A stretch of DNA of 64,000 bases from contig JANJGN010000041.1 in assembly GCA_026770705.1 (NCBI GenBank), forward strand, positions 1,488,001 to 1,552,000, in the 5' to 3' direction. This document shows positions 52,271 to 64,000 of the stretch, piece by piece. The position numbers were made by a program, and so were the translations under genes. Under the pieces are notes generated by a model. The model searched no databases. It saw only the letters and a list, made by a program, of their open reading frames with translations, and had not been told where the DNA came from. This stretch comes from Isurus oxyrinchus (Eukaryota). The stretch's first letter is position 1. Each line of letters opens with the position of its first letter.

Positions 52271-55200
52271 AAATGGTTCGATTTCGGAGCACTTATGCTC
52301 CCCGAGTATTTTTCTGGTTTTCATTATTCAGCTCATGTCAATTTCTAGCCCTGCACTTCCTGCTGTTGAAAACGCTGCTTCCAAATCTAACTGATTTAAA
52401 TTGAAAATTGGAGTGGAGTGATACGAAGCATTGTCGGACTCCCATGTGGCTTTGGGAAAATCATGAAGTCACGTTACATGGCGGCGCTGACAGAGGGACA
52501 GAGAAGCATACGAAATGCGAGTAGAAGTTGACCATTTGGCTACAGGAGGGTGCTCGACTACGCAAGTATATCATTGCTGAACTTATGCCTCCACAAGATT
52601 ATTTGCACTATCCCATATCTTTGGATGCATTTAATATTGAGAAATAGGTTCATTGGCATATTGAACATCCTAAATGACTGCCCATCTGCCAAGGTTGCTT
52701 TGCATAATTTCGAATATTTATCCCTCCCTGACTGATGGAATTCTTCTCATCTCAGTTCTAAATGCAGACATCTTATTCGGCTAATGCTTTTCCTGCTTTT
52801 AGATACACCCTCCAGGGGAAACATCCATCAAAGATCTAAACCACCGATACTTATAAGAACAGCGAATGCTTCAGTGAAATCAGTTATCATTTACAACGCT
52901 CCAGAAAGCAAAGGATGAGTCTCCTCAATGCTTCCACATAAGACAATCCCAGCTAAATACCAATAATCCAAGAAGTAATATCTTGAACATTCCGTGTTGC
53001 AGGGCGATAACAACACCTAATGAAATCTACAAAAAGGAGCAAGGTGGAATGCTTGACCAGCACCACCACCGTCACCATAAACACTCCACATGAAAATTGC
53101 AGAGCTGGAGATACACTGGGCTGGGACTGGGGTTACAAATTATTGTTGAGCACAAATCAGCTCCAACTGATGGTCCACAGTGCCTCATGAATGCCCACTT
53201 TTGAGTTATTGTTCAATGTGAAAACTACCCCCATTTAGCACAATGGTTGCCTCACAGAATATGATGGAAAGAAGCCGCAGTGTGAAGGCAGAATTCGTCT
53301 GCACGAGGACCGTGTGCTGTTCAATCCTATGTATCATTCACTGGACAGATGCACATGTGGTGAGTAGTTTAGTCGAGCGAATTCAATTATGTTTTTGCAC
53401 CTCGTTGTTTCCCTGAACACAATGGCAAAGACCCAGTCGAGCAGTTGTCTGTATGACTCTGCCAGCTCGGCCATTAGTGGAGCTACCGATCCTCTCTTGC
53501 TCAAAGACAACGAGGTCCCAGACAAAAAGCAATTTTTTTCTCTTGTCATTCACCAAAGCGTCGGGCAGTGATGATAATTGATTCATCTGCTGAGGGGAAC
53601 GGGAGATGGTTTCCAGGAAGCGATATTAATTTTCCATGTGTTATGTGATGTCATGAGCTTTCATTTATGGAGCTCCTGCTCTCAAGTCTATGAAAAATGG
53701 TGCACACTGAAAGTGTTGCGAAATGGTATTTAGGAAAGCAGTAGTGCAATTGAGCGATACCGAGAAATTGGATGGATAATTCAAATTTTGCATAAGATTA
53801 ATTCACTCAGATGTTTGCTGCTGATTCTTATGAAGTTTACAAACAGAACGAGGAATTATTCAGATAACGATAAACAACTTGAATCATTAAGTTTACGGAA
53901 TGACTGCAAATCAAGCAGTCTGCTTTGTCCTGGATTCAGGCAATATCCTTGAATTCTTTTGCAGCGTAAATCATCTAGACAGTTGTAGTGGATCCAATCA
54001 CTCTCCTGATATATGTGTTTTAGATGGAGGAAAGGTTTCGGAGATTCTGGGTGTGCTTTGCTCACCAAAGCATTCTCAGATTCTGACCTGCCCTTCTGGT
54101 CAAAGTTTCTTGTCAATGGTCAGTCCGAGTGTGTTGAAAATTGGACCTGAAGGGATGGTAATGCCACTAAATGCCAACGGTATTTTGTTGGATATTGTTT
54201 CGGTTGAGGTACACATTGCCTGTCAGTTCTGTGGGGTGAGTATTACTTGTAACTTTTCAGAACAAGTTTGGCTATTGCCCAGGTCTTGATGCGCATGTGC
54301 ACAGGTTTCATCAGCATCTGTTGAGTCGTGAATGGTGATGAACTTTAAACAATGATCACCGGACGCAAGCCCTTCCCACTACCTCACCCCCTCCCCACCA
54401 CACCAAACATCCTTCTGCGTTTGAAATGGAGAGAAATGCATTGATGCAGCAGCTTAAGATGAATTGCCTCAGGACACTGCCCTCAGGCTCTCCTCCAGTT
54501 ATGTCATGGGGCTGAGATGATTCACCTGCAAAGCAAAAAAATAAGAAAAGTAAAAAATATACTTTTTGCTTGGTAAGACTCAAAGCATTGGGGAGGTTGC
54601 CCTTGTTATTGACTACAATTCTCATAGCCCTCCTTGATACATTGTGCGACAAATGTTGTCTTGATATAAAACACAGCTACTCAGTCCTCACCTCTTGGCT
54701 ACAGCACTTCAGACCATGTTTGGACCGAGGCGAACCGAGAGCAGGAGCTCGGACGATGCAAAAAGTGAGCGTCAGTGAGCAGTTTCTGGCGATTGAAGAC
54801 ATTGTCCATGATAATTTTCATCACTTTGGTCATGATGAAGTGTAGGCAATTGGGGCTTCTATTACATTCGTTCGATTTTTCGTGTTTTTGTGGATAGGCA
54901 TATCTGTGAAAATATTCACATTTTCGCGTAGCTGCCATTATTTTAGATGAACCATACCAGCTTCGATAGGAATGTCTTATTCAGGAGCACTGATCTCCCG
55001 TATTATTGGTATTATCTAAAATGACCCCTAGGTTCTGCATCATCCAGTTCCTTCAGTCATTCCTTAAATTCAACTGCTCAGAATCACATTGTACGAAGAC
55101 TGGCATCTGTGATGCTTGTCAGCCGTGGAGGAGGCCGGGATGGTTCATCCACCCGTCACTTCATGGTGGATGTGGCTGTAAATGTTTCCGTGATGTATAT

Positions 55201-55976
55201 GCACTAATGCACTGCACAGCACAGTCATTGCCCATGCGGATATTGGTGGAAGCCGTCCAAAGGTAAGGTGCAGAACTTTGCACAACCATTCAAGGCGAGT
55301 GTCACAGGACTTCAGATCTGAGCTATCGTTATTTGGTGGGGGGGTTCAATGAGCCCTGTCTTTCTCGTGCTGAATAGGCTGTTTTGCTTGCAAGTAGCCC
55401 TGTCTTGCAATAAACCAGGTTAGGCCGTGAAGTTAGGAATAATTGCTGCGGCGGTGGACATAGGACAGATGTTGGCAACGTTCCTTCATTTGTGCGTTTG
55501 ACCTCGTAAGCCTGGAAGGTCAAGAGCAGAAGATGTAACGACAACTCTTAATTATTAAATCCTTTCCAAGTCACACACCAATGTGACCTGAAGAGACATC
55601 ACCATTCCCTGACTGTCATTGGGTCAAAAACTGGAAATCCATCGCTGGAAGTACTGTGTCTGCACCCTCTTCACATAGACTGCAACATTATTTTCAACCC
55701 TTATTTTCAAGAAGAATTAGTGAAAATGGAATTAGAAGTGTTAATCTTGCCAATATATCAAACGAAATGAATATGTTGCATAATGACGATCATATGAATA
55801 TGGATTTCCGTTTTGTGTTGAAATGACGCCCCTGGATGCTTCTTTTGTTCCAACTCAACAAAGATTGACTACAAAATGCATGTTTAAATGTAAAATATTT
55901 CGGAGTACACTGGCCTATAACTAAGAACGTATCTTTCGAATTCACTCCAGGATATTAAATCTTTAACCAAAAGGAT

Positions 55977-56725
55977 TGGCTGGAATTTTCGTCAGCAAAT
56001 CGCACCTCCACCGCCCCACACACTCCCCACCTCACCAACCCCCAGCCCTCAGTCCCCCCAAAGCCCACTCCGCACCAGCCACCCCCCTCAAAAATGCCGA
56101 ATCCGCACGAAGATCAATAACATGGATCGTGTATATTGACGTGACATACATGAACTCTCTCTTGCAGCTGGAGAACGGGTGGGCCTAACTTGTAGAATCA
56201 AGAATTATTGTTATTGAGTTTGCGTACGACACAATCGTATGTTTTCCACATTCATGCTTTGCACTTACCGTGGCCCAGACGAGAAAAGATAAAATGTTTC
56301 TGAGCAGCCACCATTAGACGATAATCGCGCGGAAGAGAGTTTCTTCCTCCGGGACCATGATTAAATGTAGCATCAGGTTGTGCTGGGGAAGGTGGCAGCG
56401 CCTTCATGATTACTTTTCACTTTTTTTATTTCTTCACTGAGCTTTCAACGAAAACAGTTGTTGGAAAAAACAGTTTCTGAGAGCAGGTGATCTTGTGCTT
56501 GCAGCCATAATGACTTTCTGTTCACAGCATTACACTCTGCTGCATGATGTTCAGGCTTTCACTGCCGATTGGTCACGGGCCCCATTTTGCACCACTCAAT
56601 GCCTCCTCCCCATGGGAATTTAATGTATTGTGGAAGGGAGGTGGTCTAAGAGTGAGTGAGTAGGAAAGGTTTATTTTTTACTTTTCTCCAATCTCACGCT
56701 GCCAAAATACGTAAAATCCAGGCCA
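55977..56725. mobile_element. MITE (duplicate of 50756-51468)
   Basis: TIRs tggctggaattttcgt ... acgtaaaatccaggcca. Confidence 0.6.
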
Positions 56726-59700
56726 TTGATTACTTATTGTAATGTTTCTTTATGATCTTAAACCACGAATTGCGTTTTGAACCTGCACCGGAGGATATGT
56801 GTCACTTCTCTAATTTAACTTCTGTGGTCGATTCTGCAGCAATGTTTCATAACCAAAAAAAACTTCAGTGGATCACACTCGGTGGTGCATTCGCCACAAC
56901 ATTCACAAATTCACTGAAATGAATTAATCCTTTAGGATCTGTTTTGCATGCAAAATATGCCACAGAAAATTGTTATTTTGTACTTACAATGTGAATAGAA
57001 AGTTGCTTGTGAAAGTGATATGGATTTGGCACCGTGGAGGAAACTCCATAGCTCTGTAGTTCTTCAGACACGGGTACTTACACTAACGTCATGAAGAGGC
57101 ACATAAACCGAAGTGCACTACACCTGCTCCATGTTCCTTTTCCCAAACAGCAAATCAATAACAGTTCAGAAGCAGATAGCAGTTGCAGCAAACAATGGGT
57201 CATTCTGTAGCATATATACATTTTCATTTCTCTAGTTTATTTAGAAGGGAATAATGTTGATAATTTATTTGATGACTGTGTACTTAATTAGCTAGCTAAA
57301 TAGTGGATAATGGTTTGTATAGGTCACTGTTTCATTCGGTAGATAATTGGATGGTTCATTCCTGGGGCATTTCAACGTTCAATTCGGAGCAATATTCTGG
57401 AAATGTACTGACAATGTATTAGATAATACTTTTGATATCGACATTGGCTACTTCATTATATAATTGTTTAAATTACTGAATTTTTTATGTTCTTTCCTTG
57501 CTCACAGAGCTGGCCAGTACAGTTTCATGTGCTGATAATTTGGCTAAGAGTGTTTGTATAATTCACAGTTGCGCACAGATAATTATGTCTTTCAATTCAA
57601 ATGCATGTCATTGTAGGAATATATATATATATATATATTAGGTTTGATCAATAAATAATAGGCATCGGATAATTTTCATTTTTGACATTTATTTTAAGCT
57701 GCAATTGTGTCAACATAGCTTTGATTAATAATGTCTCTACATTTTCTAGTGAATCCTACATGGTCAACAGAAACTCAAACTTTATTTTTTATCCATTGTC
57801 TGACTTTTTCAAGGCTTTTTGTGATTATTTTTGACAGCTCCATTAAGTCAATCAATTTTTGATGCTTCTATTCATGTTAGAGAATTGTGAATCGGATGCT
57901 GCCAGCTGGGCTGTGTATGTAATGTAAATATTTTTTTTTTTTTCTGTGTGGTCAAAGTTTGCCAACTTGCAATCTGATCCAAAAATGTAAAAAGCTGTTT
58001 ATCTTTGGGCGACTAATTCACCTTACTCATTCAAAGTTCATCTGAATCATTAACCAACAACTTACTGAAATAGTATGATCCAAACTGTTAATTAACCATC
58101 GGTTTATATACCTTCAATGCATTGTTGTTTCCCTTAGTTCAAGATTGCGAAAACTCTATGTTCAGTCTGCACCATGTTGCATAGCCATGAAACCAGTGGC
58201 TACTTGAAATAACTCTTTAAATACTCATCCCATTATTTTGAGAATGTGCATTTTCCATTCGGAAATTTGTGCCTCACGAATCTGACCGGATATTTCAGTC
58301 GTGATGCTATGCTGCACCGTTGTCAGGATGACCCATGTCATCCTTTCCTATAGCATCCTCCAAGCAGCGAGCAGATTACCTACTTTAGATAATAATTTAA
58401 ACTAGAGTTATTTAACTTGCTTCAAAATGAAGGAAATAATTTAATAAACGTGCGCAGCAAGTTATTAATTACCTGGCAGCTAAAAAAATTAGTTCAGTGA
58501 GATCACTTAGAAAATGAATTCTTCAAAATTCACATGGATCTTTAGTAAGTAAACAACATGAGTCATAATGCAACCGTGATTATCTGAGGCTCACGTCAAA
58601 TTCGTTTGACTTATATAGATCATTTGATATAATCAATAATCTGTAAAAATGTTTGAAGCTAATCTTCTGCATAATAATGCACCATTGAATAACTTCGCTA
58701 ATTCCTTAAAAAGGTTCCTGCATTTTGAAAAAGGAAAAATACATTTTAACAACTAAGGCTAAGATTCATGGTTTTTAAGAGCCTGCCCAATCTGAAATGA
58801 AGTAAGCAGTAGAGGATAATAATTTAAACATGAGTGTGTTAGGAATTAGGTCTTTATTGTCAGGTAATCAACAATTCGTAATTTTCTGACATATATTAGT
58901 CTGCAGAGTATTGTCGATGTACCCATCACAGTCAATCTTTATCACAATCTTCTGCACTTGGTGCCCAGCAAAAATCAATTTTCAGCTTCACATTTCAAAT
59001 CACTTTGCACGGGTGCTGTGCTTGAGATGCAAGCGACTCCTTTCTGCATTTTCATCAACAAAGTGATTGGTTTTGCAGCCAATCAATTAATGGGGACCCT
59101 GTCTTGTCACTCAGAAGCAAAACGCTAGTTATCACCCCACTAGTATCACATCTTCGAATTGCTCATTCACTACACTTTGCGAGAGATATGCCCCTATGGC
59201 AATTAAATATTGCCCACTCAATATACTAGCAATGTCACCGCTGCCGCTCTGCCATTAAACTGCCCTCTTGATCAGCACTGACTACACCCATTCTGCATAG
59301 CAATGTTGATTCCCTCTTTCTGCACTGAATTAGTGACGCATTCACCTGAAATAATCCTGTACAATGCTCAGCTAGCATATCAATCTCATGTTACTCAGTC
59401 TGCCTTAAAACACACGACTGATCAGCACTCATCCCCGAATAAAACTTCTCCCTGGGAACCTTCATAAGAATGACACGTTGTACTGATTGTCATTGTACCA
59501 CCACTGTAAGGACACGTGTGCAAACTTGCATTTGGCATTCTATCCTGGTCTTTTGTGCAGCTCAGTGACCATTTTCTGTGTACCCTAACAAGCGTTCAGA
59601 GTATGTTCGTGCCCGCTGGCAATATTTTACCTTCAAACTGTATGTCCTGTAGCACAGTAATCCTACCCAATACTTATCACATCTATTGACAAACCAGCAC

Positions 59701-60143
59701 ACATTGCAAGACTACCTCTCCCAGAGTATAACTCTACTTGGCCCAGATTCTATTTTGCGCATTCATTTCCCACTTCACATTGTACCAGCACACATGAATT
59801 GACTCTTTACTTCTCCTATTTACGTTTTATTATTCACCATGCCCTGCCGCTTGTATTCATTCAAGTTGTTCAGGTCACATTCGCCCTCAGCAATCTCAAT
59901 CTTTATTATACAATAGTTGTCCACTTTACATTGAAGATATTCCTTTCAAAAGACGAATTAACAACTGATATTTCGGTTTACCTATCCACTTTCAGTAGCC
60001 TCTAGTAAACATTTAGAACCCGCACACCTCGATAAGCAGATGTCCATATTTGGGTCAAATGTATGATCCTTTGCAACAGGAGGCAAATTAATCATGTTCA
60101 TCTGTGTTGTCTATCTCATACTCTCTTTATCCCTCTCTTTCAG

Positions 60144-61042
60144 TTAATGTTGTTGGTATTGTGATTCTCTACCGAGGAAAGTGTGGCCTCTCCAAATGTA
60201 TTACCCATTATATGATCGCCATGGCCACGGCGGATCTCCTGGTTGTTTGTGCCGAAGTGATGTTGAAGAATACGCTAAATATTTATTTCCCTGAATCATT
60301 CTTGAATATTAGCACAGTATGCTATCTAAATGTGACAATGACGTATGTAGCCATATCAGCCTCTGTCTGGTTAACAGTGGTGTTCACCTTTGATCGTTTT
60401 GTGGTCATATGTTGTAAGAAGCTGCGAAAAAGATATTCCACGAAGACAACAGCAGTAGCTGTCATTTCAGTGGTCAGTATGTTGAGTTGTTTAATAAACA
60501 TTCCCTTGTACTTTGCGTATGAACCTGCGTATATAAAGGACAATGTAAATCGTGGTTGTGTCCTAAAACCAGCATTTTTGATTTCTGCTGAATGGGCCGC
60601 ATTTGACTTGTTTCACCTTATCATGACCCCATGTGTTCCATTCATTCTAATTTTGTTCCTAAATGTTTTGACGGCTAGACATATTTTGGTGGCCAGTAAA
60701 GTTCGCAGGGGTCTCCGCAGTTGCAGCAATGGAGAACATCACAAGGATTCTGAAATAGAAAGCCGAAGAAAGTCCATTATTTTACTCTTCAGTATAACCG
60801 GCAGCTTTATATTGTTATGGACAACTCCGGTTATATATATTATCTCACTGCATGTCATGTTAAATGCTGGCGAAAATTATCTTGAGTCCATTGGATTCAT
60901 GCTTGGGATCCTCAGTTGCTCCACAAATACATTCATTTATGTGCTGACACAGGCTTCGTTTAGGGAGGAGCTGAAGAGCGGAATGCAGTACCTTGTGAAA
61001 CTGTGCATAATATTCTGCAAATTACAGCTGAAATCCCATTGA
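60144..61042 (+). CDS. Exon 2 of intact GPR139/GPR142-like class A GPCR (copy C2); spliced product 322 aa
   Basis: Acceptor ccctctctttcag at 60143. 70 + 899 = 969 nt in frame. Seven hydrophobic segments, TM1 GIPVN, TM2 AMATADLL, TM3 FTFDRFVVIC, TM3 Cys (TVC) and ECL2 Cys (RGC), TM7 STNTFIY, helix 8 SFREEL. Family assignment is from motif recall; it is not claimed as the GPR139 ortholog. Confidence 0.92.
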
Positions 61043-62589
61043 CCATTACAGGGGGATATAGACTTTGTGCCCTGAATGATCTCATAATAGAAAGATGCTT
61101 GCAACAATGTTCAAGCACTCAGTATAAAGCAATATCCTACTATAAATGCTCTTTCATAATATAATGCCAAATTGAATTTCTTTTCACAGTATACTGTAAT
61201 CAATGCTGAATTGTAAGTTGTGATAATAATAATAAAATAAAAATACTGAACAGACCCTGTTAGCGTTGCGGATATTGAAAGGATGAATTGAGATGGCAAA
61301 TTCTGACAGTCCCACGTTCATGGGAACAGTTATTCTGCTCAACAAGAGAACACCCCAATCATCACCAGCTGGATCACGAGAACTCGACAAATGTAACATA
61401 GACAAACGTCACAAATTTCTACAACGTCTGTTCTGGACCAAATACGACATAGGGGTAATTTCCAGAACAAGTTTCATGAAGTCTGGCACCCTCCAAATAT
61501 CGGACATTTGTACAATGAGATTCTTCTCAGAGTTCCATATACCTCACATGATGAAAACAAAGAAAGCCTGGTCATCACGTGCTTTGTGAAAAGACGGGCA
61601 TTGACGTAATTGATCACTCATTCTCATGATGCATCGGACCATTGAGTCTCCATATCTTGGATTCAAAACTTTTACATTCTGTTTCCCTACGATGCATTTG
61701 AAAGCACAACTAGCTAGTGCTCAATTTTCCACGATCAATGGGGCTACCTCCTCCCCATATACTCATTCACAACACTCTCTGTTTCATGTTATCAGATCCT
61801 ATCACACACACAGCCAGCAAATGCCTGTTATCATAATGATCGAATGTTTTAATATGTTTCACATGATATCCACTCATCAACATAGAGAATGATGCTTCAA
61901 CCAGGTATATGCACGAATTCCCAACCAAGAAAATTCTGATCACTCATGGCCCTACCATTAAATTCCTTCTTTTTATACTTAAACATATTGAACGTGAAAA
62001 AATTTAATGTAATTCTTCTCGTCCCATATTCTTATCATTTACTTAAATTAAGTGCCATGCGTAAAATGCAACCATTGACAGGCTACAGCACAGAAGCTGA
62101 CCATTTGTCCCATCCATTCCTTATTGTCACTTTGAAGGAAGAAGAAACAGCCAGGCACTTCTCCGGCTTCTCCTGTTATCTGGGTCATTCGCTTTTCTCA
62201 GACAGTAATCCAAAATCCTCTTGATCATTCTTAATTCCCAACCCCAATTGACCAGAACAACTGCCAATTATATGGCATTAAATAGAAAAGTACAAACACT
62301 TTCCTTAAATAAATTGGTATAAAAACAAGACAGATTCGGTAATCGCATGAGGGGCATTGCTAACAAGAAAAGCAATTATTGCCAATCTTTAATTGCACTG
62401 GCAGCAAAGCATACTTGATTCATCTCTTCGAGCAGCTACAGTGTTTCTGACATCTTTGCGCTGGCTGCTTAGGGCCTGAATTACTAATTGCCCACACCGT
62501 CGGCTCAGCTAGCACTCTTTTCTAAATGTTTGCTCTGGATTTTTGGCACCTGCACTTTCTAAATAAGCACCCGATTGCTCAGCTCCCAG

Positions 62590-63570
62590 TCGTTTCAGTA
62601 CATGAGGGGACCTGTGTTCCTCAGGATAGTGTCCGAGGCTAAACGATGTTTAGCTCCCTCATCAATGCCCTTCTCTCCATCTTCAGGTCAGAAAGGGGGA
62701 TGTTCGCTGATGATTGTGCAATGTTGAACACAATTCATTACTCCTGAGATATGAGGTTGTCCCTGGCCAAAAGCAGCATTTTCAGTCCTTGGTTGACAAG
62801 ATGCAAAGGACATTTAGACCATACAAGTACCAGGCAATGACTATCTCATAAGGAGAAAATCAAACCATCGCTCGTTAACATTCAATGGCATTACCATCGC
62901 CGAAAGTCGCACTATAAACATTGTAATGGTTATCATTGACCAGAAACAGAACTGGATTGGTCATGTAAAAACAACGTCTACAAATGCAGTTCAGAGGCAA
63001 GGAATCCTGTGGCGAGTAACACACCTCCTGGCTCCTCAATTCCTTTCACTATCTACAAGGCACGAGATAGGATTGTGATGGTATGCTCTCCACTTACTTG
63101 GGTGCATGCAGCTCCAAAAGCAGTGAAGAAGCATGCTGGCATCTGGGACAAATCAGCCGTTGATTGACACCACATCAATAAAATTTCACTACCTCCACCA
63201 CCGACGAACAATAACAGCTGTGTGTAATATCTGCAAGGTGCACTGCAGGAATTCTTGATTTCACCTAAGACATTACAGTCCAAACTATGACAGCAAACAT
63301 CTGGAATGGTAATGCGCAGCAGGTGCATTTGAACACAACGATTTGGAAGATCACCTCCAAGCTACTCACCAGCCTGATTTGAAATGATAGCCCTGTCTCT
63401 TCATTTTCCTTGTGTCATATTCCAGGAACTCACCACCTAACTGAAAATTGTGTGTAGGGTTACCACAGTGACTGTTGCGATTTGGGAAGGCAGCACACCA
63501 TCATCTTCTCAAGGGCACCTACGTCTGGGCAATCAATGCTGCACGAGCTATTGACGCCAACCCCTTCTTA
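62590..63570 (+). mobile_element. CR1-group LINE (second family), 3' portion
   Basis: gttcctcaggatagtgtccgagg (decayed VPQGSVLG), gggatgttcgctgatgattgt (GMFADDC), and tail caccatcatcttctcaagggca...tgggcaatcaatgctg. Confidence 0.75.
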
Positions 63571-64000
63571 TTGAATAATAATAAATTATCATTGTCTCTG
63601 TGGCTGCACAACTACTGCACTACCCATTTCTCCAGCCTGACACCTCTTTTCTACTATAGCCAAATCACTGCCTAGCAAATACTTCCTGCTTCTTATAAAA
63701 ATATGCTCTAGCTCTTAAGCTCCTCCACTTTTATAAATCTCTGCTCTGGGGGAAGAGTACTTTTTAATTATCAAGCTGTGTTTTGATTATCTAGCTCACA
63801 CTATTTTTAACTCTGCTATGGGGGAACAGCCATTTTCTAATCTGTGCTTTGACGATCTAGCTCTAGCTCATTTTAAATCTCTTCTCTGGCAACTCATCTC
63901 CCGTTCTTTTTACATTTCTGCCCTGTCGCCTCAACTGCCTCTCTTTTTGTTAAAATATCACCTGTTCATGCTCAGCTCTAAATCTCGGTTCTCGCTGTTC

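Larger units (their letters stand above)
51870..57131 (+). repeat. Intronic tandem duplication, copy b (about 5.26 kb)
   Basis: Starts ttctacagcctcatttatc and ends gtgcactacacctgctcca; same SINE, LINE and MITE order as copy a. Confidence 0.92.
36767..62365 (+). repeat. Segmental duplication unit 2 (paralog of 1-17455); probably begins further upstream
   Basis: See unit 1. The left edge is set only by the window start of unit 1. Confidence 0.95.

Noticed and set aside
60104-60143. N-terminal extension of the GPCR ORF from a GTG start (likewise 15160-15199)
   Set aside because: Intronic polypyrimidine tract; the true N-terminus comes from the upstream exon.
1-64000. Prokaryotic systems (CRISPR array, retron, group II intron, RT-nuclease defence operon)
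   Set aside because: No regularly spaced short repeats or operon-like gene density. The RT + GIY-YIG pairs are Penelope retroelements in spliceosomal-intron-containing vertebrate DNA.

Overview
Eukaryotic, repeat-rich, AT-rich vertebrate DNA. The repeat inventory (CR1-group LINEs, Neptune-type Penelope elements, Deu-domain SINEs, GGC(T/C)GGA-TIR MITEs) and the receptor family point to a cartilaginous fish (inference, not proven). Most of the ORF track is noise. The real structure is a tandem array of two-exon class A GPCR genes of the GPR139/GPR142-like type, built from a duplicated unit offset by about 36-37 kb (1-17.45 kb is paralogous to 36.77-62.37 kb). Each unit carries three same-strand receptor loci in different states of decay: an old pseudogene (1-287; 36232-37050), a 5' exon-2 relic (5342-5632; 41063-41355) and a recent gene. 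The recent gene is intact in the second unit (46120-46189 + 60144-61042, 322 aa) and frameshifted in the first (9962-10031 + 15200-16105). Two young Penelope-like elements (RT + GIY-YIG) flank the damaged copy's exon 2 in convergent orientation; one sits where the paralog has about 11.8 kb of intron. Also present: short palindromic Penelope-tail elements with hammerhead-like motifs, a decayed two-unit tRNA-Asp tandem repeat, a 5.1-5.3 kb intronic tandem duplication, RTE and CR1 relics, microsatellites and a 286-N gap. All alignments were made by eye, so identities are rough estimates.
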